DNA of 64,000 nucleotides. Origin: an uncultured Chloroflexia bacterium (GTDB lineage Bacteria; Chloroflexota; Chloroflexia; Thermomicrobiales; CFX8). The position numbers and the translations under genes are program-made. Location: assembly GCA_963729445.1 (NCBI GenBank), contig CAVSNU010000002.1:392327-456326 (forward strand). The letters are read 5' to 3'. The notes beneath the pieces are model-generated. The model was not told the DNA's origin. It did no database searches and was given only the letters and a program-made list of their open reading frames with translations. Positions 1 to 10,177 of the stretch are shown one piece after another; position 1 is the first letter of the stretch, and the number at the start of each line of letters is the position of its first letter.

Positions 1-102
1 GCCCTCATCCAGGATTGTCAACGTCCCGGCCTGTGTCTCAACCGGCATCAGACGCGCGCGCCATGCATCAATGACCGCCTGATTTCTACTCTGAAGAACC
101 AT
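1..102 (-). CDS. 5' end of an unidentified ORF running off the left edge (MVLQSRNQAVIDAWRARLMPVETQAGTLTILDEG...)
   Basis: ATG at 102..100 lies a few nt downstream of the SPFH gene stop, on the same strand, and the frame is open to position 1. 34 aa is too short to assign a family. Confidence 0.2.
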   Translation of the reverse strand, partial: MVLQSRNQAVIDAWRARLMPVETQAGTLTILDEG

Positions 103-109
103 CGAACCC

Positions 110-904
110 CTATTCGTTAGATGATTGCGCGGCTGCGGCAGGAGCCTCGCGATGACTATTGACGAACCCACTGATGATGTCGACCGGTATCGGGAAGATG
201 ATCGTCGAGTTCTGCTCGGCGGCGATATCGTTCAGTGTCTGAAGATAGCGCAGCTGCAACGCGATCGGGACGGCCGCGATGACCCGCGCGGCATCCTGCA
301 AGCGCTGGGCCGCCAGGTACTCACCTTCAGCACTGATGACCTTCGCGCGCTTCTCTCGCTCAGCCTCCGCTTGACGAGCCATCGCCCGCTGCATTGTCGC
401 TGGCAGCTCCACATCCTTCACCTCGACGATGCTCACCTTCACGCCCCATGGCTCGGTCTGCTCGTCGATGATCGCCTGCAAGCGTATATTGATCTTCTCG
501 CGCTCGGCCAACAATTCGTCGAGCTCGGCCTGCCCGAGAATCGACCTCAACGTGGTTTGAGCGATCTGCGAGGTCGCCCGCACGTGGTCTGCTACGTTGA
601 CCGTGGCCTTGTTCGCGTCGACCACCCGGAAGTAGGCCACCGCGTTCACGCGCACCGTCACATTGTCTCTGGTGATGACTTCCTGCGCCGGGATGTCGAG
701 CGTCAGCGTGCGCAGATCGACCCGCACCATGCGCTCGACGAACGGAATCAGCAAGACCAGCCCCGGTCCGCGCTCATCGACCAGGCGTCCAAGGCGGAAC
801 ACCACGGCCCGCTCATACTCCTGAATAATCTTGACCGACGCGGAAATGATGATCAAGATGAACAAGACAACCGCGCCAAGTGCAACCAGGATGCCGGTAT
901 CCAC
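110..904 (-). CDS. SPFH/band-7 (stomatin/prohibitin-like) membrane protein
   Basis: N-terminal TM helix followed by the typical IIQEYERAVVFRLGR...VDLRT...ITRDNV...V.AV.YFRV block and a charged coiled-coil tail. GTG start with AGGA RBS. Sits directly downstream of an NfeD gene. Confidence 0.9.
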   Translation of the reverse strand: MDTGILVALGAVVLFILIIISASVKIIQEYERAVVFRLGRLVDERGPGLVLLIPFVERMVRVDLRTLTLDIPAQEVITRDNVTVRVNAVAYFRVVDANKATVNVADHVRATSQIAQTTLRSILGQAELDELLAEREKINIRLQAIIDEQTEPWGVKVSIVEVKDVELPATMQRAMARQAEAEREKRAKVISAEGEYLAAQRLQDAARVIAAVPIALQLRYLQTLNDIAAEQNSTIIFPIPVDIISGFVNSHREAPAAAAQSSNE

Positions 905-968
905 GGCTCGTCCTTTCAGTCGCGAGCAACGCCGCCCTCACTGCCGATCACATTACACACCGTCTGGA

Positions 969-2408
969 CTAGCTCTGAGTCGGCTCGGAGCGCAGCTCAC
1001 CACGCAACGCTTCCGGTTCTGACTTGTACGCTTCGGAGGGTTCACTACCTTCAAGCGGTTGCACGTAGAGCTTCATGTCCTCGACCCCCGTCACGCGCAC
1101 GCGAGAACCTTTCTCAAGCTGTCCCCGTTCCAGGACCGCCTTCCAGAGCTCTCCCTCCACATACACCATGCCGGTGGGATTGAGATCGGTGCGCGCCTCC
1201 GCGATCTTGCCGATCAGTGCGCCCTCTCCGGTCGCAACCGGGCGGTTCCTCGACTTCGCCGCCGCCCAGACGATCAGGAAGAAGAACAGGCCGAGCAAGG
1301 CTGTAACCGTATAGATCAGCACTCTGGAGATCTGCAAGACATCATCGTTGCGGGTATTCGATAGCAGTAGCGACCCGAAGAGGAACGCGATGACGCCACC
1401 GGCGGTAAGCAGGCCGCTGCTCACGACAAAGACTTCAACCACGAACAGGAGGAACGCGAAGGCAATCAGGATGAACCCGGTCCAATTCGCGTTGAGGGTA
1501 CCCAGCGCGTAGAGACCGGTCACCAGCATGATTGCGCCGACAACGCCCGGGAAGATCGAGCCGGGGTTCGCGAGCTCGAAGATCAGGCCCAGAATTCCGA
1601 GACTCATGAAAATAAAGGCGATGTTGGGATCCACAATCACTTGCAGCACACGCTCGATAAAGCTCATGTCCTGCTCTGTAACCGACGCACCGGCCGTCTG
1701 CAGCGTCGTCTCCACCCCGCCATGCACGGTTACGGTCATGCCGTCGGCCTGCGCCAGGAGATCATCGACGTCGGTAGCGATGAAGTTGACGACGTTCATA
1801 TCGACAGCCTCTTGCGCTCCGATGTTTGCGGCTTCGCGTACCGCTTGTTCAGCCCAATCCGCGTTGCGCCCACGGAGGATGGCCAGCTCGCGGATGCGTG
1901 CCACGGCGTCGTTGACGATCTTGCGGTCCAGGGCCGTCTCTTCGCCATCGCCGCTCTCCCCGAGCTGGATCGGTGTTGCGGAGCCGATGTTCGTTACTGG
2001 GGCCATCGCCGCGATATGGGCCGCGTAGCTAATATAGACGCCAGCCGACGCGGCACGTGCACCCTCAGGGGCGACGTACACGATGACTGGTATTGACGAG
2101 GACAGAATGTCGTTGATGATCTCGTCGGTGGACGAGCTGAGACCGCCGGGGGTATCCATCCTGAGGATCACGGCTGCGTCGCCCCGATCTCCGGCGCGCT
2201 CGACGCCCCTCCCGATATAGGTCGCCATCACCGGAGTTATCGCGCCATCGACATGCAGCAGCGTGACGTGCCGAGGGGTGTCTTGAGCGGCAACCATGGC
2301 TGAGCCGGCCAGCAGCATCAACACGCCGGAGAGTAGAGACGCCAGGCTCAAAACCCGCGCGAGCATCGTTCGAGGGTGGGTTGATCGAGAACGACCGGTG
2401 GACAGCAT
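969..2408 (-). CDS. NfeD-type membrane-bound ClpP-class serine protease
   Basis: Signal/TM segment, ClpP/S49-like protease domain (DTPGG...AASAG), multi-TM middle and a C-terminal OB-like NfeD domain (GxVxVxGELWxA). GAGGAG RBS upstream of the start at 2408. Classic operon partner of SPFH proteins. Confidence 0.85.
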   Translation of the reverse strand: MLSTGRSRSTHPRTMLARVLSLASLLSGVLMLLAGSAMVAAQDTPRHVTLLHVDGAITPVMATYIGRGVERAGDRGDAAVILRMDTPGGLSSSTDEIINDILSSSIPVIVYVAPEGARAASAGVYISYAAHIAAMAPVTNIGSATPIQLGESGDGEETALDRKIVNDAVARIRELAILRGRNADWAEQAVREAANIGAQEAVDMNVVNFIATDVDDLLAQADGMTVTVHGGVETTLQTAGASVTEQDMSFIERVLQVIVDPNIAFIFMSLGILGLIFELANPGSIFPGVVGAIMLVTGLYALGTLNANWTGFILIAFAFLLFVVEVFVVSSGLLTAGGVIAFLFGSLLLSNTRNDDVLQISRVLIYTVTALLGLFFFLIVWAAAKSRNRPVATGEGALIGKIAEARTDLNPTGMVYVEGELWKAVLERGQLEKGSRVRVTGVEDMKLYVQPLEGSEPSEAYKSEPEALRGELRSEPTQS

Positions 2409-2532
2409 TTACGGACTCCTCGAATTTCCGCAATTATACTGGTAGCGCTCCGTTGCGACTCCGGCGCGGTAGAATCCACGGTCGGAGGATCTGTGTGCGC
2501 TGTTTCTCGTTCGGCGAAGGAGTGAACAAACG

Positions 2533-3975
2533 GTGGCCGCTGACGATTTGCGATCCGTGCCAGTCGAAGACCGGGCACTTGACCTCTATCAGAAGGCGGA
2601 ACAATACGTCACCGGACTCATCATGGGACCGCCGACGCCGGCTCCTGGCAGCACGCCCGAGGAAATCCGCGCCAGGGCGGTCGAGCGTTTAACGAGGTTA
2701 CGCGCGTTCCTCGAACATCTTGGCAATCCTCACCTTCAGTATAAGACCATTCATATCGGCGGCACCTCGGGCAAGGGTTCAACGACCTCACTGGTGGCCT
2801 CTATCCTGACGGCCGCCGGGTATCGTACCGGTAGCCACACCTCCCCCTACCTCCAGGTCGCCACCGAAAAGCTCCAGATCGACGGCGCGATCGCGTCGGC
2901 TGACCGCTATGCCAGACTCGTTGAAACGATGGCAGACGCCGTCGAACGGTGGGAGGCGCTCGGCCACCCGCGGCCAACTTATGGCGAGTTCTGGGTCGCC
3001 ATGACCTTTCTCTATTTCGCCGAGGAGGCGGTAGACATCGCCGTGATCGAAGTCGGGGCGGGTGGCCGGTTCGACCTGACGAACGTGATCCAGCCCGCCG
3101 TTGCTGCCATAACCAGCATCGGCTACGACCACACGGTCACGCTCGGGGAGACACTGCCGGAGATTGCCTGGCACAAGGCCGGTATTCTCAAACGCGGAGC
3201 CGCGGCCGTGACCGGTGTCACGAGCGACGAGGCGCTGCCGGTCATCCAGGAAGAAGCCACCATCGTCGGTGCGGATCTCCAGCGCGTCCGCCCTGGAGTG
3301 ACGTTCCGCGATGTCGAGACCGATCGCGAGGGCACGACGTTCCTGGACGTGCCTTCGGGCCGTCGCATGCGGGTCAACCTGAGCGGTACGTTCCAGGCAG
3401 CCAACGGCGCACTGGCGGCGGCGATCGTCCGGGCGTTCGAAGATGAGCGCATTACTGACGACGCGATCGCGACCGGGCTGGCGTCGACCCGTTTTCCGGG
3501 GCGCCTGGAGATCGTTCAGGAGTCGCCCCTGGTCATCCTGGATGGGGCGCACAATCCCGAGAAGATCGGGTACATGGTTCAAAGCCTGCCGGAAATGACC
3601 GGCAAACGGCGCGTCATTGTGATCTTTGGTGTGCTGGAATCAAAAAACTACGCCGACATGTACGACGCGCTGCGACCCTACGTGAGCGCCTTGATCGCAA
3701 CCTCCCCCGAGGTGTTCGCCAAGCCGCCGGTGAGCGCGGCAGACATTGGCGAACTTGCGGACGAAGGCATCCCGGTCGCGGTCGTCGATAGCCCGTCCGC
3801 GGCGATGGAGCGAGGGCTCGCGATGGCAGGTCCGGGCGATGTCGTGCTCGTCACCGGCTCGCTCTACCTCGTCGGCAACATTCGCGAGCGCTGGTACCCC
3901 ACCGAGCGCATCCTCGACCAGGGCACGCCGTGGCCGCACGTGGTAAGGACGGCCTCTACCGGGCATTCTTTCTGA
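2533..3975 (+). CDS. folC: folylpolyglutamate synthase / dihydrofolate synthase (Mur-ligase family)
   Basis: P-loop HIGGTSGKGST and the Mur-ligase middle and C-terminal layout (DGAHNP). GTG start preceded by GAAGGAG. Confidence 0.85.
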   Translation: MAADDLRSVPVEDRALDLYQKAEQYVTGLIMGPPTPAPGSTPEEIRARAVERLTRLRAFLEHLGNPHLQYKTIHIGGTSGKGSTTSLVASILTAAGYRTGSHTSPYLQVATEKLQIDGAIASADRYARLVETMADAVERWEALGHPRPTYGEFWVAMTFLYFAEEAVDIAVIEVGAGGRFDLTNVIQPAVAAITSIGYDHTVTLGETLPEIAWHKAGILKRGAAAVTGVTSDEALPVIQEEATIVGADLQRVRPGVTFRDVETDREGTTFLDVPSGRRMRVNLSGTFQAANGALAAAIVRAFEDERITDDAIATGLASTRFPGRLEIVQESPLVILDGAHNPEKIGYMVQSLPEMTGKRRVIVIFGVLESKNYADMYDALRPYVSALIATSPEVFAKPPVSAADIGELADEGIPVAVVDSPSAAMERGLAMAGPGDVVLVTGSLYLVGNIRERWYPTERILDQGTPWPHVVRTASTGHSF

Positions 3976-4891
3976 AATAGCGCGTCAGGCCGTCGACTGC
4001 CATGCCGAATGGCGTGACATTCGAAACCGAACCCTGGGCGTCGCCGGACTCGCCAGCGGCCAACATCTCGTCCAGCGCGTCCTGGGACAGCCGGTCGATC
4101 AGCTCCTGACGGCCGAGATCTTCCTTCTGTAGCTCCTGGAACAGGCTCTTCCAGCGTTCCAGGCGTTGGTCGAGCTGATCAAGATGCTCGGTGACATCGT
4201 CGACCGGACCAAAGTGCGTGAGCAACAACCTCTGAGGATCGGCAGCCCGCAGCTTCGCGATACTCTCGTGCCAGACTTCGATGTCGATGTCCGGCGGCGG
4301 AGTCGGCGGCCAGACCAGCTTCGACGGCGGAATGCGCACTCCAGCCACATCGCCCGAGAAGAGGACCCCACGCTGCTTGTCCAGGTAGCTCACGTGGTGC
4401 GAAGCGTGCCCGGGCGTGTAGAGCACATCGAGACGCAGATCGCCGAACTGCAGCGTGTCGCCATCGTCAATGATGGTGACATGCTCGCACGGCACTGGCT
4501 GCATGACGCCCCACAACGTGTCCATCTGGTCTCCATAGATGCGGCCGGCGCTCTGAAGCAACCTGGAGGGGTCGATCATATGTGGCGCGCCAATACGATG
4601 AACGTAGAGCTGCGCGTCCGGAACCAGTCGCAAGAGCGCGCCGGCTGCCCCGGCGTGGTCGAGGTGGATGTGCGTAACCGCGACATGCCGTATATCGGCA
4701 GGGTTCAAGCCAAGCTGCTGGATGCCTTCGAGCAGGCGTTCGAGCGCATTCGCAGGCCCGGTCTCAATAACGACCAACCCGTCCGACGTCTCCAACACGT
4801 AGGAGGCAATCAGGTTATCGCCGCCACGGAACTTGAGATCGATCATTCCCAGGCCATCTGACGACCAGACGGCGCCTCGCTCTGCCAACAC
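3956..4891 (-). CDS. MBL-fold metallo-hydrolase
   Basis: HIHLDHAG (HxHxDH) motif plus downstream TPGH and H residues. TTG start with AAAGGAG RBS. The 3' end overlaps the folC 3' end by 20 nt (convergent). Confidence 0.8.
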   Translation of the reverse strand: MLAERGAVWSSDGLGMIDLKFRGGDNLIASYVLETSDGLVVIETGPANALERLLEGIQQLGLNPADIRHVAVTHIHLDHAGAAGALLRLVPDAQLYVHRIGAPHMIDPSRLLQSAGRIYGDQMDTLWGVMQPVPCEHVTIIDDGDTLQFGDLRLDVLYTPGHASHHVSYLDKQRGVLFSGDVAGVRIPPSKLVWPPTPPPDIDIEVWHESIAKLRAADPQRLLLTHFGPVDDVTEHLDQLDQRLERWKSLFQELQKEDLGRQELIDRLSQDALDEMLAAGESGDAQGSVSNVTPFGMAVDGLTRYFRKNAR

Positions 4892-4932
4892 CTGCTCCTT
4901 TAACGTACGTAGCCGCCCCTCCCGATCAGGTC

Positions 4933-6069
4933 CTATGTGGAGGCGACGACTGCTGCGATGTTATCAATGTATCCACCCAGTGAGCGCAAGAACTCCCGGT
5001 CGAGCGCGTAGTATTTCATGCCTTGCACCGGTCGAACCGTCACGATGCCGGCCGACTCGAGTGTACCGAGGTGACGCGACACGGCGGACTGGCTGATACC
5101 TAGCTTGCCGACGATCTCCTGCGCGTACTGCTCACGCTCCCGCAACATCTGGACGATGCGCATCCGGGTTGGATCAGCCAGGGCCTTGAGCCCGCCCAGG
5201 GCATCTCCGGAATCGATTGAATCCGCCGCGATCTGTGGCACACGCCGCTGCGCCCGGTTCGACTGCCCCAGCACGGTTAGGGGGTTGAAAAAGAGAATCA
5301 GCTCCGGCGAATACAGGATGAACTGCACAAACTGACCCAGATGAGACGAGGGGCAGTACGTAACCCGCTCGATGTTTGCCAAAGCCCCGATGACCTCGTC
5401 CGGCAGACGATGGCCGGTCAGCTCGGCGAATGCAAGTTGAACAACTGGGTGTGCGAGGTCCTGCGCGTGCCGGACCGCCCGCTGCAGCTCGTCGATCTGG
5501 CGTTCGTATTCGTTGCGGTAGGTCTGCCGCCAGAAGCCGTCGATCAATGAGATCGTGCGCTCGCGCAGGTGCGCCGGTGACGTCAGCAGGGAGGCAGCCT
5601 CGTCGAGGTCAGCCCGTGTGATGCCCGGACGCAGGAACATACGCCACTCCGCGGGATCGTCAGACTCCGGAGCGGTCTCGATGAGGCCGCGGTCGCGATA
5701 TACCCGCATCAATGCGTTGGAAGCCATGCGCTGATAGGCCTCAGGCGGTAAGGATTCGAGATGGGCGAGGTATTCAGCATAGCCGGCGTCGATACGATCC
5801 GGCTCGAGCGCATCGAACGAGAACAGGAGCTCTTCGATGTAATAGATCAGCCGTCCCGAGAACCCCAGGATGAGATCCAGGTCATGTTGCATGCCGGCAT
5901 CTAACGAACGACGGGCGTCAATCAACCACGGGTCGAATCCGGGCTTTGGGTTGCTCCCGTTCTCGTCGGAAGCGCGGAATGTCAGCGAGATTGCCGATGT
6001 CAACACCAGTGGAGCTGAGACAGCGAATAGCTGCTTCAGCACGGGACGCCCGACGACGAGCTCTCCCAT
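4933..6069 (-). CDS. ArsR-family winged-HTH regulator with a long N-terminal domain of unknown function
   Basis: C-terminal ArsR signature DPTRMRIVQML...YAQEIVGKLGISQSAVSRHLGTLESAGIV. About 270 aa of uncharacterised sequence precede it. AAGGGAG RBS. Confidence 0.75.
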   Translation of the reverse strand: MGELVVGRPVLKQLFAVSAPLVLTSAISLTFRASDENGSNPKPGFDPWLIDARRSLDAGMQHDLDLILGFSGRLIYYIEELLFSFDALEPDRIDAGYAEYLAHLESLPPEAYQRMASNALMRVYRDRGLIETAPESDDPAEWRMFLRPGITRADLDEAASLLTSPAHLRERTISLIDGFWRQTYRNEYERQIDELQRAVRHAQDLAHPVVQLAFAELTGHRLPDEVIGALANIERVTYCPSSHLGQFVQFILYSPELILFFNPLTVLGQSNRAQRRVPQIAADSIDSGDALGGLKALADPTRMRIVQMLREREQYAQEIVGKLGISQSAVSRHLGTLESAGIVTVRPVQGMKYYALDREFLRSLGGYIDNIAAVVAST

Positions 6070-6186
6070 CGTCGCTCCCTTACATCACGATTCGTGTGCG
6101 CTGTGTCCAGCGCGGAGGGGGTCGCACAACCCCCGCACATATTACCTTATGACAATATCATGGTGCGATCGTTGAGTCAAAACGCG

Positions 6187-6600
6187 TTAAGAGTTCAGTT
6201 GAGACAAGTAATCCGCTCGCGGGGGGCTGAAGATGTCCAGCACCAGGCACCCGGAGGGACCCCCGACTCCCGCATGACGCACTCCGCCTGGGATCACATA
6301 GGCGTGTCCGGTGGAGAGACGGCGCGTCTCGCCATCGATCGTCATGTCGATCTCACCCTCCAACACCAGCCCGATCTGCTCGTGCGGATGTTCGTGGTCC
6401 GGCACGGTTGCCCCCGGCTCGATCCGCACCCAGTTGGCCATCATCCTGGCGCCGCTCAGCACGTTCATCTGAATACCATCCAGCGGCGCAAACCCCGGTA
6501 GCGCAGCGATGTCGAAGAACCGGGAGTCCCCTCCAGCTGGCCCCGTCTCCAGCTCGTCCGGTTGCACGGTCTGGTCCCGCTTATCCGGATAACTCGACAT
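6187..6600 (-). CDS. cupin-domain protein
   Basis: Cupin motifs ..PDHEHPHEQIGLVLEGE.. and ..GHAYVIPGGVRH.. . GAAGGGGGA RBS. Confidence 0.75.
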   Translation of the reverse strand: MSSYPDKRDQTVQPDELETGPAGGDSRFFDIAALPGFAPLDGIQMNVLSGARMMANWVRIEPGATVPDHEHPHEQIGLVLEGEIDMTIDGETRRLSTGHAYVIPGGVRHAGVGGPSGCLVLDIFSPPRADYLSQLNS

Positions 6601-6812
6601 GACAGTCCCCCTTCATGACACTCCAACGGCCGCGAACCGACACTCTTACTATCGTCTCAGGTTCCGTCGTTACTGTCCATTTTAGAATCCGTTCAAGAGT
6701 TGATTCGTTCAATTCTAGTACCGATGACGCACAGTGTCATCGTTGGGGAGTGGGGTACCATCCGGGCTGGGAATCCCGGGGGTATGGTTTCTGAAATACC
6801 AGAAGGTGTGTC

Positions 6813-8609
6813 ATGTCTAGACGAGCGTTCGTCTCGCTGCTGGTCGCTGTTGCGATCCTGGCGCCAGCACTACTTGTTCTTTCGCGCCCGGCATCTGCGG
6901 TCCAGGAGACGAATCCCGAGATCGTTGCGGCGCTCGAATCGATAAATCTCTATCGCAGCTGGCTGGGTATCGCGCCATTGAAGATCGATCCCAACCTCCA
7001 GGCCGCTTCCGAGGGCCACGCCAACTACTATCGCCAGAACTACGGTGACCCGAACCTGGCCGGCATGGGCCTGCACCAGCAGACGCCCGGCAAGCCCGGG
7101 TTTACCGGCGCATCCATGCAGGACCGCGCCAACGCCGCAGGGTACAAAGGCTATGTGAATGAGAATGTCGGCCTCTCAGGCTCGATGATCTGGTCCACCG
7201 ACTGGTTCATCGGCACGATCAACCACCGGCTGACGTTGCTCGACCCGCGCTACACCCATATCGGCATGGCAGCGGTGGACGAAGGCGACATCAAGTTTGA
7301 AGTGATTAACCTGGGCGCAACGGAGTGGACTGACGAGTCTGAGCCGGAGTGGGCCGCCTGGCCACCGAACAACACGACCGGTGTGGGACTCTCATTCTCT
7401 GGCGAAGCCCCGAATCCATTTCCAGGAGCCAGTTTCCCGACCGGCTACCCGATTACGCTGACGTACCATGGGCCGGGCGAGCTCTCCTTGCAGTCGGCGA
7501 CGGTCACGGCCAACGGGCAGCGCGTCGAATCCTTCAGCTCGGTTGGCTCGGGCTGGCTCAGTAGCAAAACGGCGCAGATCGCCACCTCAACGCCGATGCA
7601 AAACGGCACGACCTACGAGGTTTCGGCGACGGGTACCGCCAACGGGGAGCCGTTCATCAAGTCCTGGAGCTTCACCTCGACAACCGGTGACGACAAGCTG
7701 GCGCTCGACGGCCGGGTTGCGCCGTCACCTGGCCCGAGTGAGCCTAAACCGGAGCCAACCGTCTCGCCGGCCCCTTCTCAACCCGTCCCGGTAGCACCTC
7801 AGGCGATGAACCTGCCCGAGGGCGTCAAGGCCAGCCATCCCGCGGTACAGGAGATGTGGTGGCGCAGCGACGGCCCGGTGGCGCAGGAGCAGGTCAAGCG
7901 GTCGTGGCTCTGGGGACCGGATACCTGGATCGCGATCAGCGAGCGCTACGACGAAGAGCCTCAGCGCGCTCGCACGGTGCACTACTTCGACAAAGCGCGC
8001 ATCGAGATCAACACCGGAGCGTCGCAGCCGCCGGTCACGGCAGGGCTCCTGGTGCGCGACATGATTCTTGGCTCGATCCAGGTGGGCGACACGGCGTTCG
8101 TCGCGGATTCCCCGGCCGTGGTGCCGCTCGCCGGTGACGCCTACGAGTTCAACGCCGACGCCCCCACCTATGCCAGCCTCAATGCGATCGCGTCGATTCA
8201 AGAGGGCCGAGCTATCCCACAACGCACCGGGGAAGCGGTTGTCGAGACGCTCTCAACCGACGGAGCGATCGGCAGTAGCCAATCAGTTCCTGGCGGCGTT
8301 GCATACGGTAGTTATGACGAGACGCTGGGGCACAATGTCGCGGATGTCTTCGACGGCTATTTGAGCGAGCTCGCGGTTGACAGCGTCATCAGTGTTGGAC
8401 TCCCGCTCACCGAGCCGTACTGGGTGCAAACCCTCGTCGCCCAGAAACCGACCTGGGTGCTGGTCCAGGCGTTCGAACGCCGCTTGTTGACCTACACCCC
8501 GTTGAACGAGCCCGAGTGGCAGATCGAGATGGGCAACGTGGGCCGCCATTATTACGAGTGGCGCTACGACCGCGAAGCTCCCGACATATACCGAGAACCA
8601 GCAGGCTAA
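6813..8609 (+). CDS. secreted CAP/SCP-domain protein with a Pro-rich linker and a C-terminal LGFP-like wall-associated domain
   Basis: Signal peptide, then a CAP-like block (INLYRSWLGIAPL...ASEGHANYY...). The C-terminal approx. 250 aa (WLWGPDTW...YFDKARIEIN...WVLVQAFERRLLTYTP...GNVGRHYYEWRY) is paralogous to the N-termini of the proteins at 23963-25357 and 26087-28772. Confidence 0.8.
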   Translation: MSRRAFVSLLVAVAILAPALLVLSRPASAVQETNPEIVAALESINLYRSWLGIAPLKIDPNLQAASEGHANYYRQNYGDPNLAGMGLHQQTPGKPGFTGASMQDRANAAGYKGYVNENVGLSGSMIWSTDWFIGTINHRLTLLDPRYTHIGMAAVDEGDIKFEVINLGATEWTDESEPEWAAWPPNNTTGVGLSFSGEAPNPFPGASFPTGYPITLTYHGPGELSLQSATVTANGQRVESFSSVGSGWLSSKTAQIATSTPMQNGTTYEVSATGTANGEPFIKSWSFTSTTGDDKLALDGRVAPSPGPSEPKPEPTVSPAPSQPVPVAPQAMNLPEGVKASHPAVQEMWWRSDGPVAQEQVKRSWLWGPDTWIAISERYDEEPQRARTVHYFDKARIEINTGASQPPVTAGLLVRDMILGSIQVGDTAFVADSPAVVPLAGDAYEFNADAPTYASLNAIASIQEGRAIPQRTGEAVVETLSTDGAIGSSQSVPGGVAYGSYDETLGHNVADVFDGYLSELAVDSVISVGLPLTEPYWVQTLVAQKPTWVLVQAFERRLLTYTPLNEPEWQIEMGNVGRHYYEWRYDREAPDIYREPAG

Positions 8610-8621
8610 GCGATACGACCC

Positions 8622-8645
8622 ATAGGCGCCCCAACGGGCGCCTAT
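8622..8645. terminator. 10-bp GC-rich hairpin between convergent genes
   Basis: ATAGGCGCCC-caac-GGGCGCCTAT lies 13 nt after the CAP gene stop and overlaps the stop codon of the GDPD gene. There is no clear U-tract. Confidence 0.35.
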
Positions 8646-9406
8646 CCTGTCTCAGCCCCTCTGCCAAAACACCTCAATAGCTCACGCGGCACGTTAGTCG
8701 CGATCATGTCCACCCCAGCGTCCGCGAGACGGCGCGCCTCAGCACAATCATCGACGGTCCATGAATAGACGCGCCGGCCAAGGCTACGATAACGCCTGAC
8801 GGCGACACGATCGAGGAGGTGATGCTGCAACGCGACGGCGGTCGCCCGGGACCAGTGCACCTGAGGACTCAGCCAGATGGGAAAGAGCGCGCGCAGGACC
8901 GCCGCGACCGCGCGTTGAGACCAGCCCTGTCGCAACGTCGAGATGAGATGCCCCCGAGATAACGCCAGTCGCATGCCCGGAAAACGCTTGGCCAAACGTC
9001 GCAAACTCCTGGTATGGACCGTCGAAACCAGCACGTTGGGCACGAGCTCGGGACGCGCTTCGAGAATCGGGATGAGCGCCTTCTCGATACCGCGTTCCTT
9101 GAGATCGAGCACGAGCCTCCCCGACGGCCCAACGCCAGCCAGCCGGTCGAGCAGCTCTTCCAGGGTCATGAGTGTCGGAATCAACGCGCGCAGCTCGGCG
9201 AGGGTAAGGGTTGAGATCTTGCGGCCTTGAACGGCCGCATCGTGATAGAGCACGATCGTGCCGTCGGCTGACCGGCGCAAATCGGACTCAATCAGATCGG
9301 CTCCAACCGCCAGCGCGTGCTCGAATGCGGCCAGGGAGTTCTCCACATCCGCAGGCGACCCGCCCCGGTGGGCGACGATCAGCGGCCGCTTAACGCTCTT
9401 CGCCAC
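8642..9406 (-). CDS. glycerophosphodiester phosphodiesterase (GDPD family)
   Basis: IVAHRGG...ENSL.AF..A...GAD.IE.DLR.S.DG..V..HD signature. Confidence 0.85.
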   Translation of the reverse strand: MAKSVKRPLIVAHRGGSPADVENSLAAFEHALAVGADLIESDLRRSADGTIVLYHDAAVQGRKISTLTLAELRALIPTLMTLEELLDRLAGVGPSGRLVLDLKERGIEKALIPILEARPELVPNVLVSTVHTRSLRRLAKRFPGMRLALSRGHLISTLRQGWSQRAVAAVLRALFPIWLSPQVHWSRATAVALQHHLLDRVAVRRYRSLGRRVYSWTVDDCAEARRLADAGVDMIATNVPRELLRCFGRGAETG

Positions 9407-10118
9407 GGCGGTGCATACCGATCAACCCCATCAGGTAACCCGTGCCGAGACAATAGCTCGCCAGCACGTCAGTCAACCAGTGATGGCCGAGATAGACCCG
9501 TGACGGCCCAACCAGCCCGATCATCGAGCTCAACAGGGCGAGCGGGCCCAATCGGAGCCATTTTCCGCGTAGCTTCGAGAAGAGCAGATAGCTCAAAAAG
9601 CCCCAGAAGGAGACGTAGTGCAGGGTGTGTCCGCTGGGGAAACTGGTGTCCTTGAGGTTGGCCACGGCGACCGTGATCCCCTCGCCGGACGGTCTGGGCC
9701 GTTGGATGAGGAGCTTGGTCGTGAACGAGATGAACGATCCCGCCCAGGCGAGTATCAGGTAACGCGCCTCACGCCGGAAGCCCAATAACCAGGATAACGA
9801 GATGATCGATGTGGGGAAGAGCAGTGACTGCGGCCGGAAGCCAAGCCAGGAAACCATATCCATGGCCTTCGCCAGCATCGGGTGCTTGATTTTCTGAATG
9901 CGCATCGTGGCCACCAGATCCGCCTCGACGCTGCGCTGCGAGCGCACCAGGACGAGCAGAATCACGAATGCGCTGAAGGCGACAATCGACCCGCCGAGGA
10001 ATCGGGATTCACGTCGCCTGGCGACCCTCGCACTCGCAACCGGCAGGTTCGGATGGTCTGCGTCCTTCGTCAGCTTATCCACGACTCTCTTCTGCAACCG
10101 CATATGTCTCCCAGCCAT
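9390..10118 (-). CDS. PAP2-family (phosphatidic acid phosphatase type 2-like) membrane phosphatase
   Basis: Multi-TM protein with PSGH and SRVYLGHHWLTDV motifs. Start uncertain: ATG at 10118 or 10103. The ORF-track start at 10217 would overlap the upstream amidase gene. Confidence 0.75.
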   Translation of the reverse strand: MAGRHMRLQKRVVDKLTKDADHPNLPVASARVARRRESRFLGGSIVAFSAFVILLVLVRSQRSVEADLVATMRIQKIKHPMLAKAMDMVSWLGFRPQSLLFPTSIISLSWLLGFRREARYLILAWAGSFISFTTKLLIQRPRPSGEGITVAVANLKDTSFPSGHTLHYVSFWGFLSYLLFSKLRGKWLRLGPLALLSSMIGLVGPSRVYLGHHWLTDVLASYCLGTGYLMGLIGMHRRGEER

Positions 10119-10177
10119 CGTTCTAGTACCTGGCTCGGATTGTACCGGTTCACAAACCGCGAAGCGGTTAGACGACG

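Noticed and set aside
125-1183. 352-aa plus-strand ORF overlapping the SPFH and NfeD genes. The same class of long ORFs antisense to recognised genes includes 34438-35847 (469 aa, opposite dxs), 60171-61421 (416 aa, opposite the L,D-transpeptidase), 37660-38466, 42873-43616, 43546-44206, 21496-22278, 22380-23090, 16181-16609, 2788-3582 and 10247-12058.
   Set aside because: They lie exactly opposite genes with clear family signatures. They are Arg/Pro/Ala/Gly-rich with no recognisable motifs, and they lack RBSs. Such shadow ORFs are the expected by-product of high GC3 coding on the other strand.
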